Assembly: GCA_044224515.1 (NCBI GenBank)
Contig: JBGAKH010000011.1
Span: forward strand, 14,960 to 78,959
Reading direction: 5' to 3'
From: Chlorobiota bacterium
Lineage (GTDB): Bacteria > Bacteroidota > Ignavibacteria > Kapaibacteriales > NICIL-2
Length of the DNA: 64,000 bases
The position numbers were made by a program, and so were the translations under genes. Below the pieces are notes generated by a model. The model did not search any database. It was not told the DNA's origin and saw nothing but the letters and a program-made list of their open reading frames with translations. Below, in pieces: positions 49,731 through 58,735 of this stretch (position 1 is the stretch's first letter; every line of letters begins with the position of its first letter).

Positions 49731-50411
49731 ATGAATACTGTAAAGCTACTCGTAGTAGCTGCGTTGCTGCTAACTACGTCACCTATATATACGTACAGTC
49801 AGTGTCCTATCGGGTGGAAGTACATAGTAGTAAACTCAGCGGCAGGAGCCTGCCCTTGGAAGATAGAGTTGTGTGCGTTCTACGACAATACTGTTACTCC
49901 GAATGTTCTGCACATGAATGTTTTGAGTGCCAAGACTATAGCGGGTTGTCCATGCGTAACCAAAGCCGGTCTAGTGAATCAGTTTAACGCGAATATATTT
50001 CCTAGTGTGGTGCTTCAACTAGCTGCGCAGGGAATAAATATAAGTATACCAGTCTGTCCGAATCCTATCCCGTCGCCACCCGATCCAGCTGACTATGGAC
50101 TGATTCTCAAATATTCATGGAGCAACTGCGCGACAGATTGCCTTAACAGACTAGAGACAGAGACTTTTTCTGACGGTCAAGAACACGAAGTATTTTCAAG
50201 CTCTGACTGCAATACTTCTACATCATGTTTTCATACGTATGGTGTATGTTGTCCAGCTAGTCCAACACTAGGCTGCCCTCCTATTGCATATCACTTTGCC
50301 GATTTTGGAGTAGAAACCGGCGGAATTACTCCTGAGTGTGGGGTGCAAGTTGTTATTACCAAAGAATACCCGTTAGGACATACTTATCAATGCTATCCAC
50401 AATGCCCATAG
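49731..50411 (+). CDS. Secreted Cys-rich protein (cargo)
   Basis: Signal peptide MNTVKLLVVAALLLTTSPIYTYSQ. About 24 Cys in 226 aa, with CPxxC/CC pairs. Confidence 0.5.
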   Translation: MNTVKLLVVAALLLTTSPIYTYSQCPIGWKYIVVNSAAGACPWKIELCAFYDNTVTPNVLHMNVLSAKTIAGCPCVTKAGLVNQFNANIFPSVVLQLAAQGINISIPVCPNPIPSPPDPADYGLILKYSWSNCATDCLNRLETETFSDGQEHEVFSSSDCNTSTSCFHTYGVCCPASPTLGCPPIAYHFADFGVETGGITPECGVQVVITKEYPLGHTYQCYPQCP

Positions 50412-50415
50412 TGAA

Positions 50416-51918
50416 ATGCTAGATTTGAGAAAACACCTCTACTTTGTTGCCGTTCTGCTTCACATTTCATTGGTTTGCTGGTCGCAAGACACATTCAGAT
50501 GGAGTGCTAAAGCAGTGTACTGCGATGGTCGTAGTAAAATTGGGTTTCAAGATTTCGTCTCAACTAATTGCATCTTTGACATTGAATCCGGGAAACTTCT
50601 TTGGGTTGCGACGGCTTCAAGTGACATTTCTACGCCTTACAAGCTGAAGTACCAGCTTAATAGCTTCAATGACTCATCTTGTGCAGTTAAGAACAATATT
50701 CTGATTGAGCTTGATTCGTTTACGAATGCGATTGGCATACAGCTTAATAGAACGTCATGCATGATCTTGTCCCAAAGAGAGTGCATTTCAACAAACGATG
50801 GATTTCGCTCATGGAGTACGTCAACAAACGATTCCTTGTACGGGTTTTACTGGGGATATGATGTGCGAGATTCAACAATACTCGTTAGCCTTAACTATTC
50901 GAATGCATACCTCTGTAGCACTAATTCAGGAAAAGAATGGCACAGATTGACAACACCTAGGATGGGGTCAACAGCCCACGTTGTGCTGAATCGATTCCGC
51001 ATCGTTGAACCGAACGTATACTTTTGCGTTTCTTCCCATTCAGACCGTGAAGCTGGAACAAAGTTGTATAAGTCTCAGGATGGAGGTGGTTCGTGGACAG
51101 AGATGGTTGATTGCTTTCCAACGTCGAACAATGATTCAACAGATCTCTATAACGTAAATGCCATTACTTTCACTTCGGCTGGGATTGGCATAATGGAAGT
51201 AAGCCACACTGTAAATGGCATATCTTTCCATGAGATACTTCGGTCAACGGATAAGGGCAAGACTTGGCTGTTGATTCGATCCAGTGAGTATAACGTCGGT
51301 GATGTACGTTCTCCAGGCATACATTTGAAGTGCGTTAGTGCCGATACGCTGTTGCTGTTTTGCATTAAGGGGCAGGTAATGATAAGCAAGGATGCAGGTC
51401 TGAGTTGGTCATGGTTGGTTCGAGAAGATCTAAGTAAGTATGATGACGGCAGGCCATTACCAATACAGGTAGTTAGCAACCCATTGGTAATTTCAAGTAC
51501 AGAGGTGTACGCGTCATTCGATTGGAGACAAGATGATAGTTTGAATATTATGAAACTTGTTCCGGAAACAGTTAACGAAGTCGAGGATAAAATTGACACC
51601 GAGACGAACAGAATTGAGTACAATGACATGTGGTTTGGAGAAGCCATACCTAGCCCAGCCTACGAGGAGTTGCGTTTAGGAGTGTCGCTACTAAAATCTG
51701 TTCCATTTGAGTCAACCAGATACGCACTCTACGATTTCTATGGGACTAGGATTCAAAGTGGCACTCTTGGTCAGTTGGAAGTTCGCGGCCATAGGTACGG
51801 TATGTCATGGAGTACGTATGTGCTCAATCTGAGTCAGTATCCGGAAGGCATTTATTTCGTGCAAGTTGGCGATCAAACGTATACCGATTGCAAGGCAATA
51901 ATGCATCTCAGACGTTGA
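50416..51918 (+). CDS. Secreted BNR-like repeat protein with T9SS CTD (paralog family B)
   Basis: STDKGKTWLL, SQDGGGSWTEM, SKDAGLSWSW. C-terminal CTD (RYALYDFYGTRI..GIYFVQV). Paralog of 18026..19570. Confidence 0.65.
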   Translation: MLDLRKHLYFVAVLLHISLVCWSQDTFRWSAKAVYCDGRSKIGFQDFVSTNCIFDIESGKLLWVATASSDISTPYKLKYQLNSFNDSSCAVKNNILIELDSFTNAIGIQLNRTSCMILSQRECISTNDGFRSWSTSTNDSLYGFYWGYDVRDSTILVSLNYSNAYLCSTNSGKEWHRLTTPRMGSTAHVVLNRFRIVEPNVYFCVSSHSDREAGTKLYKSQDGGGSWTEMVDCFPTSNNDSTDLYNVNAITFTSAGIGIMEVSHTVNGISFHEILRSTDKGKTWLLIRSSEYNVGDVRSPGIHLKCVSADTLLLFCIKGQVMISKDAGLSWSWLVREDLSKYDDGRPLPIQVVSNPLVISSTEVYASFDWRQDDSLNIMKLVPETVNEVEDKIDTETNRIEYNDMWFGEAIPSPAYEELRLGVSLLKSVPFESTRYALYDFYGTRIQSGTLGQLEVRGHRYGMSWSTYVLNLSQYPEGIYFVQVGDQTYTDCKAIMHLRR

Positions 51919-51978
51919 CAATTTGATGAAGTACACAGTCCTCGACAACTGCTCGTTACGTGACTATAGTTTCTACAA

Positions 51979-52692
51979 TTAGCGTTTTCGAGTGCGAGAT
52001 ATCTCCTCAGCAATTTCAATCAAATCCTGCCTTTGAATAACGATATAAGGAGATGCCGGAATAATTATTTCCAGCGTCTCCTTTTTCGTTAGTGCCAGAC
52101 CTTTGTACAAGGCAGCAGCTTCACTCAGGCGCACGATAGCTTTTGAGTGTGTGGCTGTATCCTCACCCTTCTTCTCGTCACGCTTCCTTCTCTTCTCAGC
52201 TTTGCTCAAAGTGTCTTTGAGCTTCTTGCGCCGGGACTTATCACCTGTGCCCGTGAGCGCATAGTACATCATCCAGAAGTACTTGCGTGAGCGTGGGGTA
52301 ATGCGAACCGTATGAGTGGATCCGAACTGCTGCGCTCTGGCCTGTGCTTTATTCGAGCTGATGCTCACCTGGTTCGTACCGGAAACGCTCACCTCAATAC
52401 TGGCAGCAAGTCCTCCACCGGTTCGTGCGAGTGTTCGCTCGGTGCTTTTTCCCACTGCTGCGTATGCAACGCGAGTGCTTGCAGCCAGTGGCTTCCATCT
52501 GTCGCTTCCTCCAGAGAACGGCGTGATCCCGGCATCGCTTGAGTTGTAGCGTCCGCGCTCTTTGAAGTTCTGTTCAAACGATGCTCGCAGCACCTCGGCA
52601 ATTTGGCGCATTGCCTCAGGGGGGATCCGTGCTGTCTCGGCAGCAAGCCGTGAGACAAGCTCGTTTATTGTTTGTGGGTCCGCAGCAATCAT
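51979..52692 (-). CDS. Phage virion morphogenesis protein (Mu G/P2 S-like) with Lys/Arg-rich insertion
   Basis: AQQFGSTHTVRITPRSRKYF resembles the YAxIHQFGG block of the tail_comp_S family. Lies downstream of F-like in Mu order. Contains a KR-rich insert (SRRKKLKDTLSKAEKRRKRDEKKGED) that is absent from the 17458 fragment. Confidence 0.55.
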   Translation of the reverse strand: MIAADPQTINELVSRLAAETARIPPEAMRQIAEVLRASFEQNFKERGRYNSSDAGITPFSGGSDRWKPLAASTRVAYAAVGKSTERTLARTGGGLAASIEVSVSGTNQVSISSNKAQARAQQFGSTHTVRITPRSRKYFWMMYYALTGTGDKSRRKKLKDTLSKAEKRRKRDEKKGEDTATHSKAIVRLSEAAALYKGLALTKKETLEIIIPASPYIVIQRQDLIEIAEEISRTRKR

Positions 52693-53549
52693 TACTTAAC
52701 CTTTAGAGTGCTTTGAAGGATCTTGGCGATGTCTGAATCGTACTTGCTAAGGTCTGGAGTCCAGGGGACACCAGGAGGTGAGTTGAAGCCCGGCGCTGGT
52801 GGATACTGCGCGTATATCTCCGGACCTGACTTGGAGAGGCCGAAGCGGTTCATCTCGCGCTCGCCAAGGCTGCGTGTGCGTGTTCTGCACATGTAGTGAA
52901 GGGGAGGATTGCGCACTTCTGATCCAAGCAAGTCAACAACTACTCCGTCGAGACCTGCACACGTTGACGTCGTGCGCTCATCGACCACGGCAATGTACTG
53001 CATGTACGGACGCCTATCTGCTGCCTGCTTCATCTGATCGTAGCGCGAGTTCATGTAAGCGGACTGCATGTTGGTGTCGTAGATGTTGCGCAGACGTGAT
53101 CCTGCCGACAGATCCACTGTACTTGTCTTGCCGGTAGCTGGGTCGACAACGTCATTTGGTCCGTACCATCCTCTGCTTTTGAGCTGCTCAGTTACAGTTT
53201 CCTTCCAGGCTTCAAAGGTCTGCCCTTCCTCTTGCGCGGTGTCTATCGAGTCGCGTAGCATCTGCAGCACGTCTGCACTTACGACCTTAGCCGATGTGAA
53301 TGCTTGGTCGTGTGCTGTTTTCTCCAGGTCGTTCCAGTTCCACGTCGCAACGATGTCCTTTGCTTTGAACATGTCGATTGTCTTCTGTGGTGGCTGGCTG
53401 AATACCTTGCCAAAGAAGTCCGCTTGATCTTGCGTAGCGGGGTCGCCGCCAAATGATAGTCCATCATCACTTGGAGTTCGTCCATTTGCGGCTAAGTAGC
53501 GAGCGCTGAGCTCAGCGTACCTGAGTGCGTTAGTTACTTGCATTGGCAT
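52692..53549 (-). CDS. Phage head morphogenesis protein (Mu F/SPP1 gp7-like)
   Basis: LRNIYDTNMQSAYMNSRYDQM...VVDERTTSTCAGLDG resembles the Phage_Mu_F domain. Start probably at MPMQ; the supplied ORF extends to 53627. Confidence 0.55.
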   Translation of the reverse strand: MPMQVTNALRYAELSARYLAANGRTPSDDGLSFGGDPATQDQADFFGKVFSQPPQKTIDMFKAKDIVATWNWNDLEKTAHDQAFTSAKVVSADVLQMLRDSIDTAQEEGQTFEAWKETVTEQLKSRGWYGPNDVVDPATGKTSTVDLSAGSRLRNIYDTNMQSAYMNSRYDQMKQAADRRPYMQYIAVVDERTTSTCAGLDGVVVDLLGSEVRNPPLHYMCRTRTRSLGEREMNRFGLSKSGPEIYAQYPPAPGFNSPPGVPWTPDLSKYDSDIAKILQSTLKVK

Positions 53550-55182
53550 CCTCCATCTGCGCAGATGCATGACCAATGACCTTCGAGCCGAATATTGCGT
53601 TGAAGAGTATCGCACGGAGGTTATCATCCGGCAACTCGCTCATAAGAGAGGTAAGTCTGCGGTTAGCTTCACCGAAACTCTTCGAGTCATGTATCACTTT
53701 GATCATGGGTGCCAGCATCTCGGCGACTGCCGACTGCGACTCTTTTGACAGCTTAGCGATGGCGGTGTCGATTGCCATTTGATCGGCTGTTGTGAGTTTG
53801 TCTGCGAAGCTCTCAATAGGCTCAGCCGGGGTCTCAACGGCTGGTGTCGTCTCTGCAGCTTGCGTTGCCGATGCCGGTGCTGCTGAACTTACAAGCTCAA
53901 TGTGCTCAGGCTTAAAGCCGTACACGTCTTGGTAGTACTCGCTTGTGAAAGCAAGCCGAGGGTTCTTAAGCAAGTATGAGTCACGAAGTGCGCGGTCGGT
54001 GTCGATCGACTCCTGAGCATAGAACTTAGCCGTAGGGTAGTGGCTCGGAGACCAGAAGTTTGCGTCGATCACCCAACGAAACAAGGTGTTAAGCGTTTGG
54101 CAGACGAGCCCCTGATCGGCGAGTGCAATGTCCTTGCTAACCTCCAGCGCTGTTGTATCGCTTCCAAGCTTTCCGGGTGTGCCTGCAACAGCTCCTTCGT
54201 GCCCAAGCTCAAGCTCGATGATATCGGCGCGCATGTCCTCACGCAGACCTCGCCAAAGTTCGGCTGATGCTTTGCCACTTGCATCAATGATGTTGATGTC
54301 CTGATCATCCGGCGTGACGACAACACCATCTTGCTGCAACTGCTCGAGATAGTCAAAGAGTTCGTCGAAGTCTTCCGTGTCGGAGCCTCTACGAACCTTG
54401 CCATGCAGGTAAGGCATGCCGTATTTCTGCAGGAACTTCATGTACAGCTTCTGCCCACCCTTCATAAAGTGCACGCTCCAGAAGCAACTAGCAAGTATAG
54501 GCTCTCCATAAGGGCGCTCGAACTGATCGGCCTCGTGCTTAGTTACCAGGAACTTACGTGCCGGCACTACCTCACCATTGATCGGCTGCTCGCGTGTCTT
54601 GAACCGTAGCTGCTCTTGCGCATCAAATCCGAACCAGTCGTTTGGCTTTGCCTTCACTTCAGTAGGCAGCATCATGCCACCGCGCTCGTTCCAGTAGACC
54701 TCTTGAATCCGGTAACCGAACTGCGGTGCATCGAGGATATCATTGATGATGCGGTTCAAGTTGAGCTTTGCGATCACCTGCTCTTTAATGAACTTGGCCT
54801 CAGGGGTCTCACCAAAGTCGCGGTCAACGTCGAGCGTGTCTTTTAGAACACCGTACTTGCGCCGGGCGATGCTGGTTTTCACGATAGGGAATTGCCTAAG
54901 CTCTGAGTAGGTCATCTGATCCAGTCCACGTCGCTTGAGCATCTCATCCGGGTTGGGCAAGATCTTGATGAACTTGGTTGAGTAGCGCATGTCATAAGCA
55001 GCGTCGGCTGTTGCCCAGACGTCTGGTGGCGCCATCTGCCGATCGAAGGTCGAGCGGCGTCCTGAGCGTTCAGCTTTGTCGGCGACCTTTTGATTTTGTG
55101 GCACAGTCGCAGCTGGTAGCAATGGCGCTGCCTCTTGAATTCGTTGTGCGGCAAACTGCCAGAGTCTATCTGTGATTCCCAT
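53530..55182 (-). CDS. Portal protein (Mu gp29/DUF935-like)
   Basis: 550 aa, lying between terminase large subunit and F-like, as in Mu-like head modules. Confidence 0.5.
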   Translation of the reverse strand: MGITDRLWQFAAQRIQEAAPLLPAATVPQNQKVADKAERSGRRSTFDRQMAPPDVWATADAAYDMRYSTKFIKILPNPDEMLKRRGLDQMTYSELRQFPIVKTSIARRKYGVLKDTLDVDRDFGETPEAKFIKEQVIAKLNLNRIINDILDAPQFGYRIQEVYWNERGGMMLPTEVKAKPNDWFGFDAQEQLRFKTREQPINGEVVPARKFLVTKHEADQFERPYGEPILASCFWSVHFMKGGQKLYMKFLQKYGMPYLHGKVRRGSDTEDFDELFDYLEQLQQDGVVVTPDDQDINIIDASGKASAELWRGLREDMRADIIELELGHEGAVAGTPGKLGSDTTALEVSKDIALADQGLVCQTLNTLFRWVIDANFWSPSHYPTAKFYAQESIDTDRALRDSYLLKNPRLAFTSEYYQDVYGFKPEHIELVSSAAPASATQAAETTPAVETPAEPIESFADKLTTADQMAIDTAIAKLSKESQSAVAEMLAPMIKVIHDSKSFGEANRRLTSLMSELPDDNLRAILFNAIFGSKVIGHASAQMEDANASN

Positions 55183-55202
55183 GGTATAACCTCAAGTGTT
55201 AG

Positions 55203-56516
55203 TTAGTATCCTGCGTAATCGTCAGCACTCGATCGTGAGCGCCTCTCGTGTGTTCGTTTGGAGATGCCGATGGTTCGTGGTCTTGAGTTGTCAAATGCGC
55301 GCCATCCGTAGTTCAAGAAGTGGGAGTACATGCCATAGCGCAGCGCATCAACTGCGTGATCGTGGAACTTGATAGGCTCATCTAAGATGCGTCCTGCCTT
55401 GTCCGACTTCCATGAGTACTTCTTCTTTTCATCGAGCAGGTCGGTAGAGTCAGCGGTCACGTGAATCTTGAAGCGCTTGACAAACTCAATACCATTCATA
55501 ACCTCTTTGACTGCCGGCATCACGTTGAAGCCAGCGTTGTAGATCTCCTCAACGGCGCGCTTGTCTTCGGGGTCGGCATAGATGAAAGACTTCTTCGAAG
55601 CGGTGCCAAGGATGCGAGTGAGACGCTTGATGAGTTCACCTGTTCCGAGTCCGCGCTCGTAGATCTCTTGTTTGACGTACGGCACACCGTCAACGACTCG
55701 AATGCGCACGAGTGCGGTCTCGTTGTTGAAACCGAAGTCCAAACCAAAGAACTCTTCGCCACCGCCGGCAGGGATTGACGGGACGACGTCCCAATTGTCA
55801 TAGATGATCTTGCGCGACTTCGAATACTGACCGAGTCCATAGATGGTCCAGTATGCCGGGTCATCGATCTTTAGGCGCTCGATCTCCTCACGGTATTCTT
55901 TCGACAAGAATGGATTGTCTAGGTACGTGCTCTCAATCAGCTCGACGTCATCACGGCCTAGGAGCTGAATATTAATGAAGTCGTTTTCGTCCGAAGGGTT
56001 AAGCGCAAGGAATATTTGATTCGGTTCATCAGGAGAGGTAGGCGCAGACATGCGGAGCTTGATCGACATGAAGTCCTCGTAGGAGAACTCATCTGCTTCC
56101 TCGAACAGTACTTTGTTCCACTCTGATGACTTCATCTTCTGGTGGTCATCTATCGAAGTAAAAGTGATCTGATTGTTCCGGTACGAGTACGTGCGCTCAG
56201 ACATGTGGTGCGCGCGAGGGTCGTACAGGTTGTGGCTCTTGAGCATATTGATGAAGACCTTGTAGGTCGTCATGCGTAGTGCGGGCAAGGTCTTACGAGT
56301 AATCAGAAGGTTCTTGCCGGAGCCTGTGAACAGATAGGTCATGAAGAGCTGGCAGAGCGAGTATGACTTACTGCTCCGAGCTCCACCTTTATTGACGACA
56401 ATTGGTTTCTTGGCTGCCATGTTCCGATCGAACACGTTGCTTACATTGCCAAGATCAAGGGTTGTCATTTGCCGGTGGGTCATCCACCGTTTCGACCGTT
56501 TCGGTTCGGACAACAT
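55203..56516 (-). CDS. Terminase large subunit
   Basis: Walker-A-like VVNKGGARSSKSYSL, Walker B LFEEADEF, C-terminal acidic nuclease region. 437 aa. Confidence 0.65.
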   Translation of the reverse strand: MLSEPKRSKRWMTHRQMTTLDLGNVSNVFDRNMAAKKPIVVNKGGARSSKSYSLCQLFMTYLFTGSGKNLLITRKTLPALRMTTYKVFINMLKSHNLYDPRAHHMSERTYSYRNNQITFTSIDDHQKMKSSEWNKVLFEEADEFSYEDFMSIKLRMSAPTSPDEPNQIFLALNPSDENDFINIQLLGRDDVELIESTYLDNPFLSKEYREEIERLKIDDPAYWTIYGLGQYSKSRKIIYDNWDVVPSIPAGGGEEFFGLDFGFNNETALVRIRVVDGVPYVKQEIYERGLGTGELIKRLTRILGTASKKSFIYADPEDKRAVEEIYNAGFNVMPAVKEVMNGIEFVKRFKIHVTADSTDLLDEKKKYSWKSDKAGRILDEPIKFHDHAVDALRYGMYSHFLNYGWRAFDNSRPRTIGISKRTHERRSRSSADDYAGY

Positions 56517-57123
56517 TATACTTTACTTCGGTAATGTTAACGTTTGCTTCAAGTCGGACGTCGTTTTGTTTAATCTCATCTGCCTCGCCCTTTGCAGTGC
56601 GCTCGAGTTTGGCGATGTTCGGATAGGCGTGTGCAACCTTGACGATGATGTTGAAAAGGTCCTCCATCGTCATGTTTTCAAAAGCAGCCACGCCGCCTTG
56701 CTTGATCTTATTCGAGAGGATGCCAGCCGGCAGCATGAGCATAGACTGAAGGTTGGCAGAGTTGCGAGCATGACGCTCGTTCATCTCTTTGATCACATCG
56801 AGCTGAGTCTCACGCGCAATTCGGTCGCACTCATCATCCCAAGCGGACGCACGCTTTACCCAGTTGTAGCGCTGAGACTTGACGTGCAGATTCTTGTAGT
56901 TGAGATTCATCTTCACGCTCACTGCCTTGATCGAGCGCGACTCACAATTCATGTCACGGTAGACAGTGAACAGATAGAAGTCCCAATCATTCTCATCGTG
57001 CGCACGTTCGTAGAGCGGCCGCTCTTCCTGCTCGAGGTCGTCCTCGTCATCGGGGCGCGCCGGTATCTCGACCACGTACACCTGTTTGTTGTCTTTGTAG
57101 GCTGGGATAAAGGATCCGTTCAT
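56455..57123 (-). CDS. Putative terminase small subunit
   Basis: 222 aa, located upstream of and overlapping TerL. Acidic segment DDEDDLEQEE; the assignment rests on position only. Confidence 0.3.
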   Translation of the reverse strand: MNGSFIPAYKDNKQVYVVEIPARPDDEDDLEQEERPLYERAHDENDWDFYLFTVYRDMNCESRSIKAVSVKMNLNYKNLHVKSQRYNWVKRASAWDDECDRIARETQLDVIKEMNERHARNSANLQSMLMLPAGILSNKIKQGGVAAFENMTMEDLFNIIVKVAHAYPNIAKLERTAKGEADEIKQNDVRLEANVNITEVKYNVVRTETVETVDDPPANDNP

Positions 57124-58568
57124 CGTTGCTCCTGCGATGCATAGTGCAGGTCAAAGTCTGAAAGTGTGATTGGCACTCCGTTTCGCAGCACTCGGCGTGC
57201 TATGTTATTCTCATCGCAGTAGCGCATGTAGCGGCGAACGATGCCATCGACAAAGGCTGGTTCCATCTCCATAAGCCGTGCGCGTCGCTGCAATTGTTCG
57301 GCCGCCATGAGTGTTGAACCGGATCCTCCGAAGAGATCAAGTACCGTTTCATGCGGTGCTGAGCTGTTGCGCATTGCGCGTGCAGCGAGCGCGACGGGCT
57401 TTTGAGTTGGATGGATATATGTGCTGCTGGACTCTAGCGCGATGTCCCAGACGTTTGTTTCGTTGTCGGGTCCAAACCAGCGAGCTCCTTCACCGGCACC
57501 ATTGACTGCACCTTTGCCGGCGTAGATACACGGCTCGTACTTGCATTTGTAACGTCGCCATGAGATCGGCGCACGATTCTTCACCCAGATAATCGGGACC
57601 TTATCAAAGCGAAACTCCAGCGCCATGAGGGTAGCGCACAGCTCTGCGTGATAAAGTGATGCGTACCAGATGTAGAAGTGCGCCATCTCACGCGAGTATT
57701 TCTTCGCAAGCGCTAAGAACTTTTCTAAGAAGCTGCGATAGTCTTCATCCGACATAGAGTCGGTCCATTCGGTTCCGGTCTCAGAGCCCCAGTCTTTGCC
57801 ACCCTCGCGAGCTGAATTATACTCGTTGTAGTTGACATTGTAGGGCGGGTCAGTATGCACGAGGGAGGCAAGCTCGCCGGCCATGAGTGTTGCAACGTCA
57901 TCCTCTGATGTCGAGTCACCACACAAGAGCCTGTGATCGCCGAGTTCGTACAGATCACCTAAGCAAGAGAGTGGGTGTTTGGGAGGTTCTTCCAAGCATT
58001 CATCTTCAACGATGTCGACGTTGCTCTCTGTTGTTATGCCTGCATCCGTTAGCATCTGCTCGAGCTCGCGCGAGTCAAACGGGATCATCTCTCGCATATC
58101 ATCTATGCTGAACTGCTCGCTGATGTCCTGAAGCATTTCAGAAAGCTTTTCCTCAATGATGGGGAAGCGAGTTTCATTCGTTACGATCGCAGCCATTTTA
58201 GCCTCAGCCAGGCTGATCCTGCCGTGGTTCATCACGACGGCATAGCTGCGGCCAGTCTCTAAGTAGTCATCAAGCCTGTGGTTGCCGTCAACTACTTCAA
58301 AGTATCCGGTCTCAAGCTCGCGAACTTGAAGGTTTACGATTTGGCCGAATGTCTTGGATGAGTTGGAGAGCTTCTTAGCGGTTGCCTCGTCCCCATCCTT
58401 GTAGTTCCACACCGCCTTAACAAGCAATGCGATAGGTGCGAGTTGGTATTTGGCGAAGTTCTTTGCTTCGCTGGGTGGTACTCCTAAGGCTAGGAGATCT
58501 TCCTCGGAGCTGAACATTGGGCGCACTAAAGCCCGCAGCTCGTCTACAGTGGTGGTGACGTCAGTCAT
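57120..58568 (-). CDS. ParB-like nuclease domain fused to N6A/N4C DNA methyltransferase
   Basis: N-terminal ParB/Srx motif VVDGNHRLDDYLETG. C-terminal MTase motif IV LVHTDPPYNVNYNEY. 482 aa. Confidence 0.75.
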   Translation of the reverse strand: MTDVTTTVDELRALVRPMFSSEEDLLALGVPPSEAKNFAKYQLAPIALLVKAVWNYKDGDEATAKKLSNSSKTFGQIVNLQVRELETGYFEVVDGNHRLDDYLETGRSYAVVMNHGRISLAEAKMAAIVTNETRFPIIEEKLSEMLQDISEQFSIDDMREMIPFDSRELEQMLTDAGITTESNVDIVEDECLEEPPKHPLSCLGDLYELGDHRLLCGDSTSEDDVATLMAGELASLVHTDPPYNVNYNEYNSAREGGKDWGSETGTEWTDSMSDEDYRSFLEKFLALAKKYSREMAHFYIWYASLYHAELCATLMALEFRFDKVPIIWVKNRAPISWRRYKCKYEPCIYAGKGAVNGAGEGARWFGPDNETNVWDIALESSSTYIHPTQKPVALAARAMRNSSAPHETVLDLFGGSGSTLMAAEQLQRRARLMEMEPAFVDGIVRRYMRYCDENNIARRVLRNGVPITLSDFDLHYASQEQR

Positions 58569-58639
58569 ATTCCCTCATGAAATGTTCTGAATCGCGAATT
58601 GTCGCGTGCGTCAGAAACATAGTCACGGGGGTGTGTCAT

Positions 58640-58712
58640 TTTACTTTGCAAGATGCAATGCACTATGCACTGCAAGATGCATTGCAGGAAAAAGTGCATT
58701 CTGCAATGTAAA
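58640..58712. promoter_or_regulatory. Divergent late-promoter/operator region with TGCAAGATGCA(A/T)TGCA repeats
   Basis: 17-nt direct repeat at 58647-58663 and 58671-58687. Their cores, TGCAATGCA and TGCATTGCA, are reverse complements of each other. A third partial copy GTGCATTCTGCAATG lies at 58694-58708. The region sits between divergent packaging and head operons. Confidence 0.45.
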
Positions 58713-58735
58713 ACGACACAACGCCTAGTAGAAGT

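Noticed and set aside
56341-57144. 267-aa plus-strand ORF
   Set aside because: Lies entirely antisense to the well-supported terminase genes, with low-complexity Leu/Val/Arg-rich composition. It is a spurious shadow ORF. The same applies to 60643..61323, 43457..43972, 5191..5697, 8679..9059 and 641..961.
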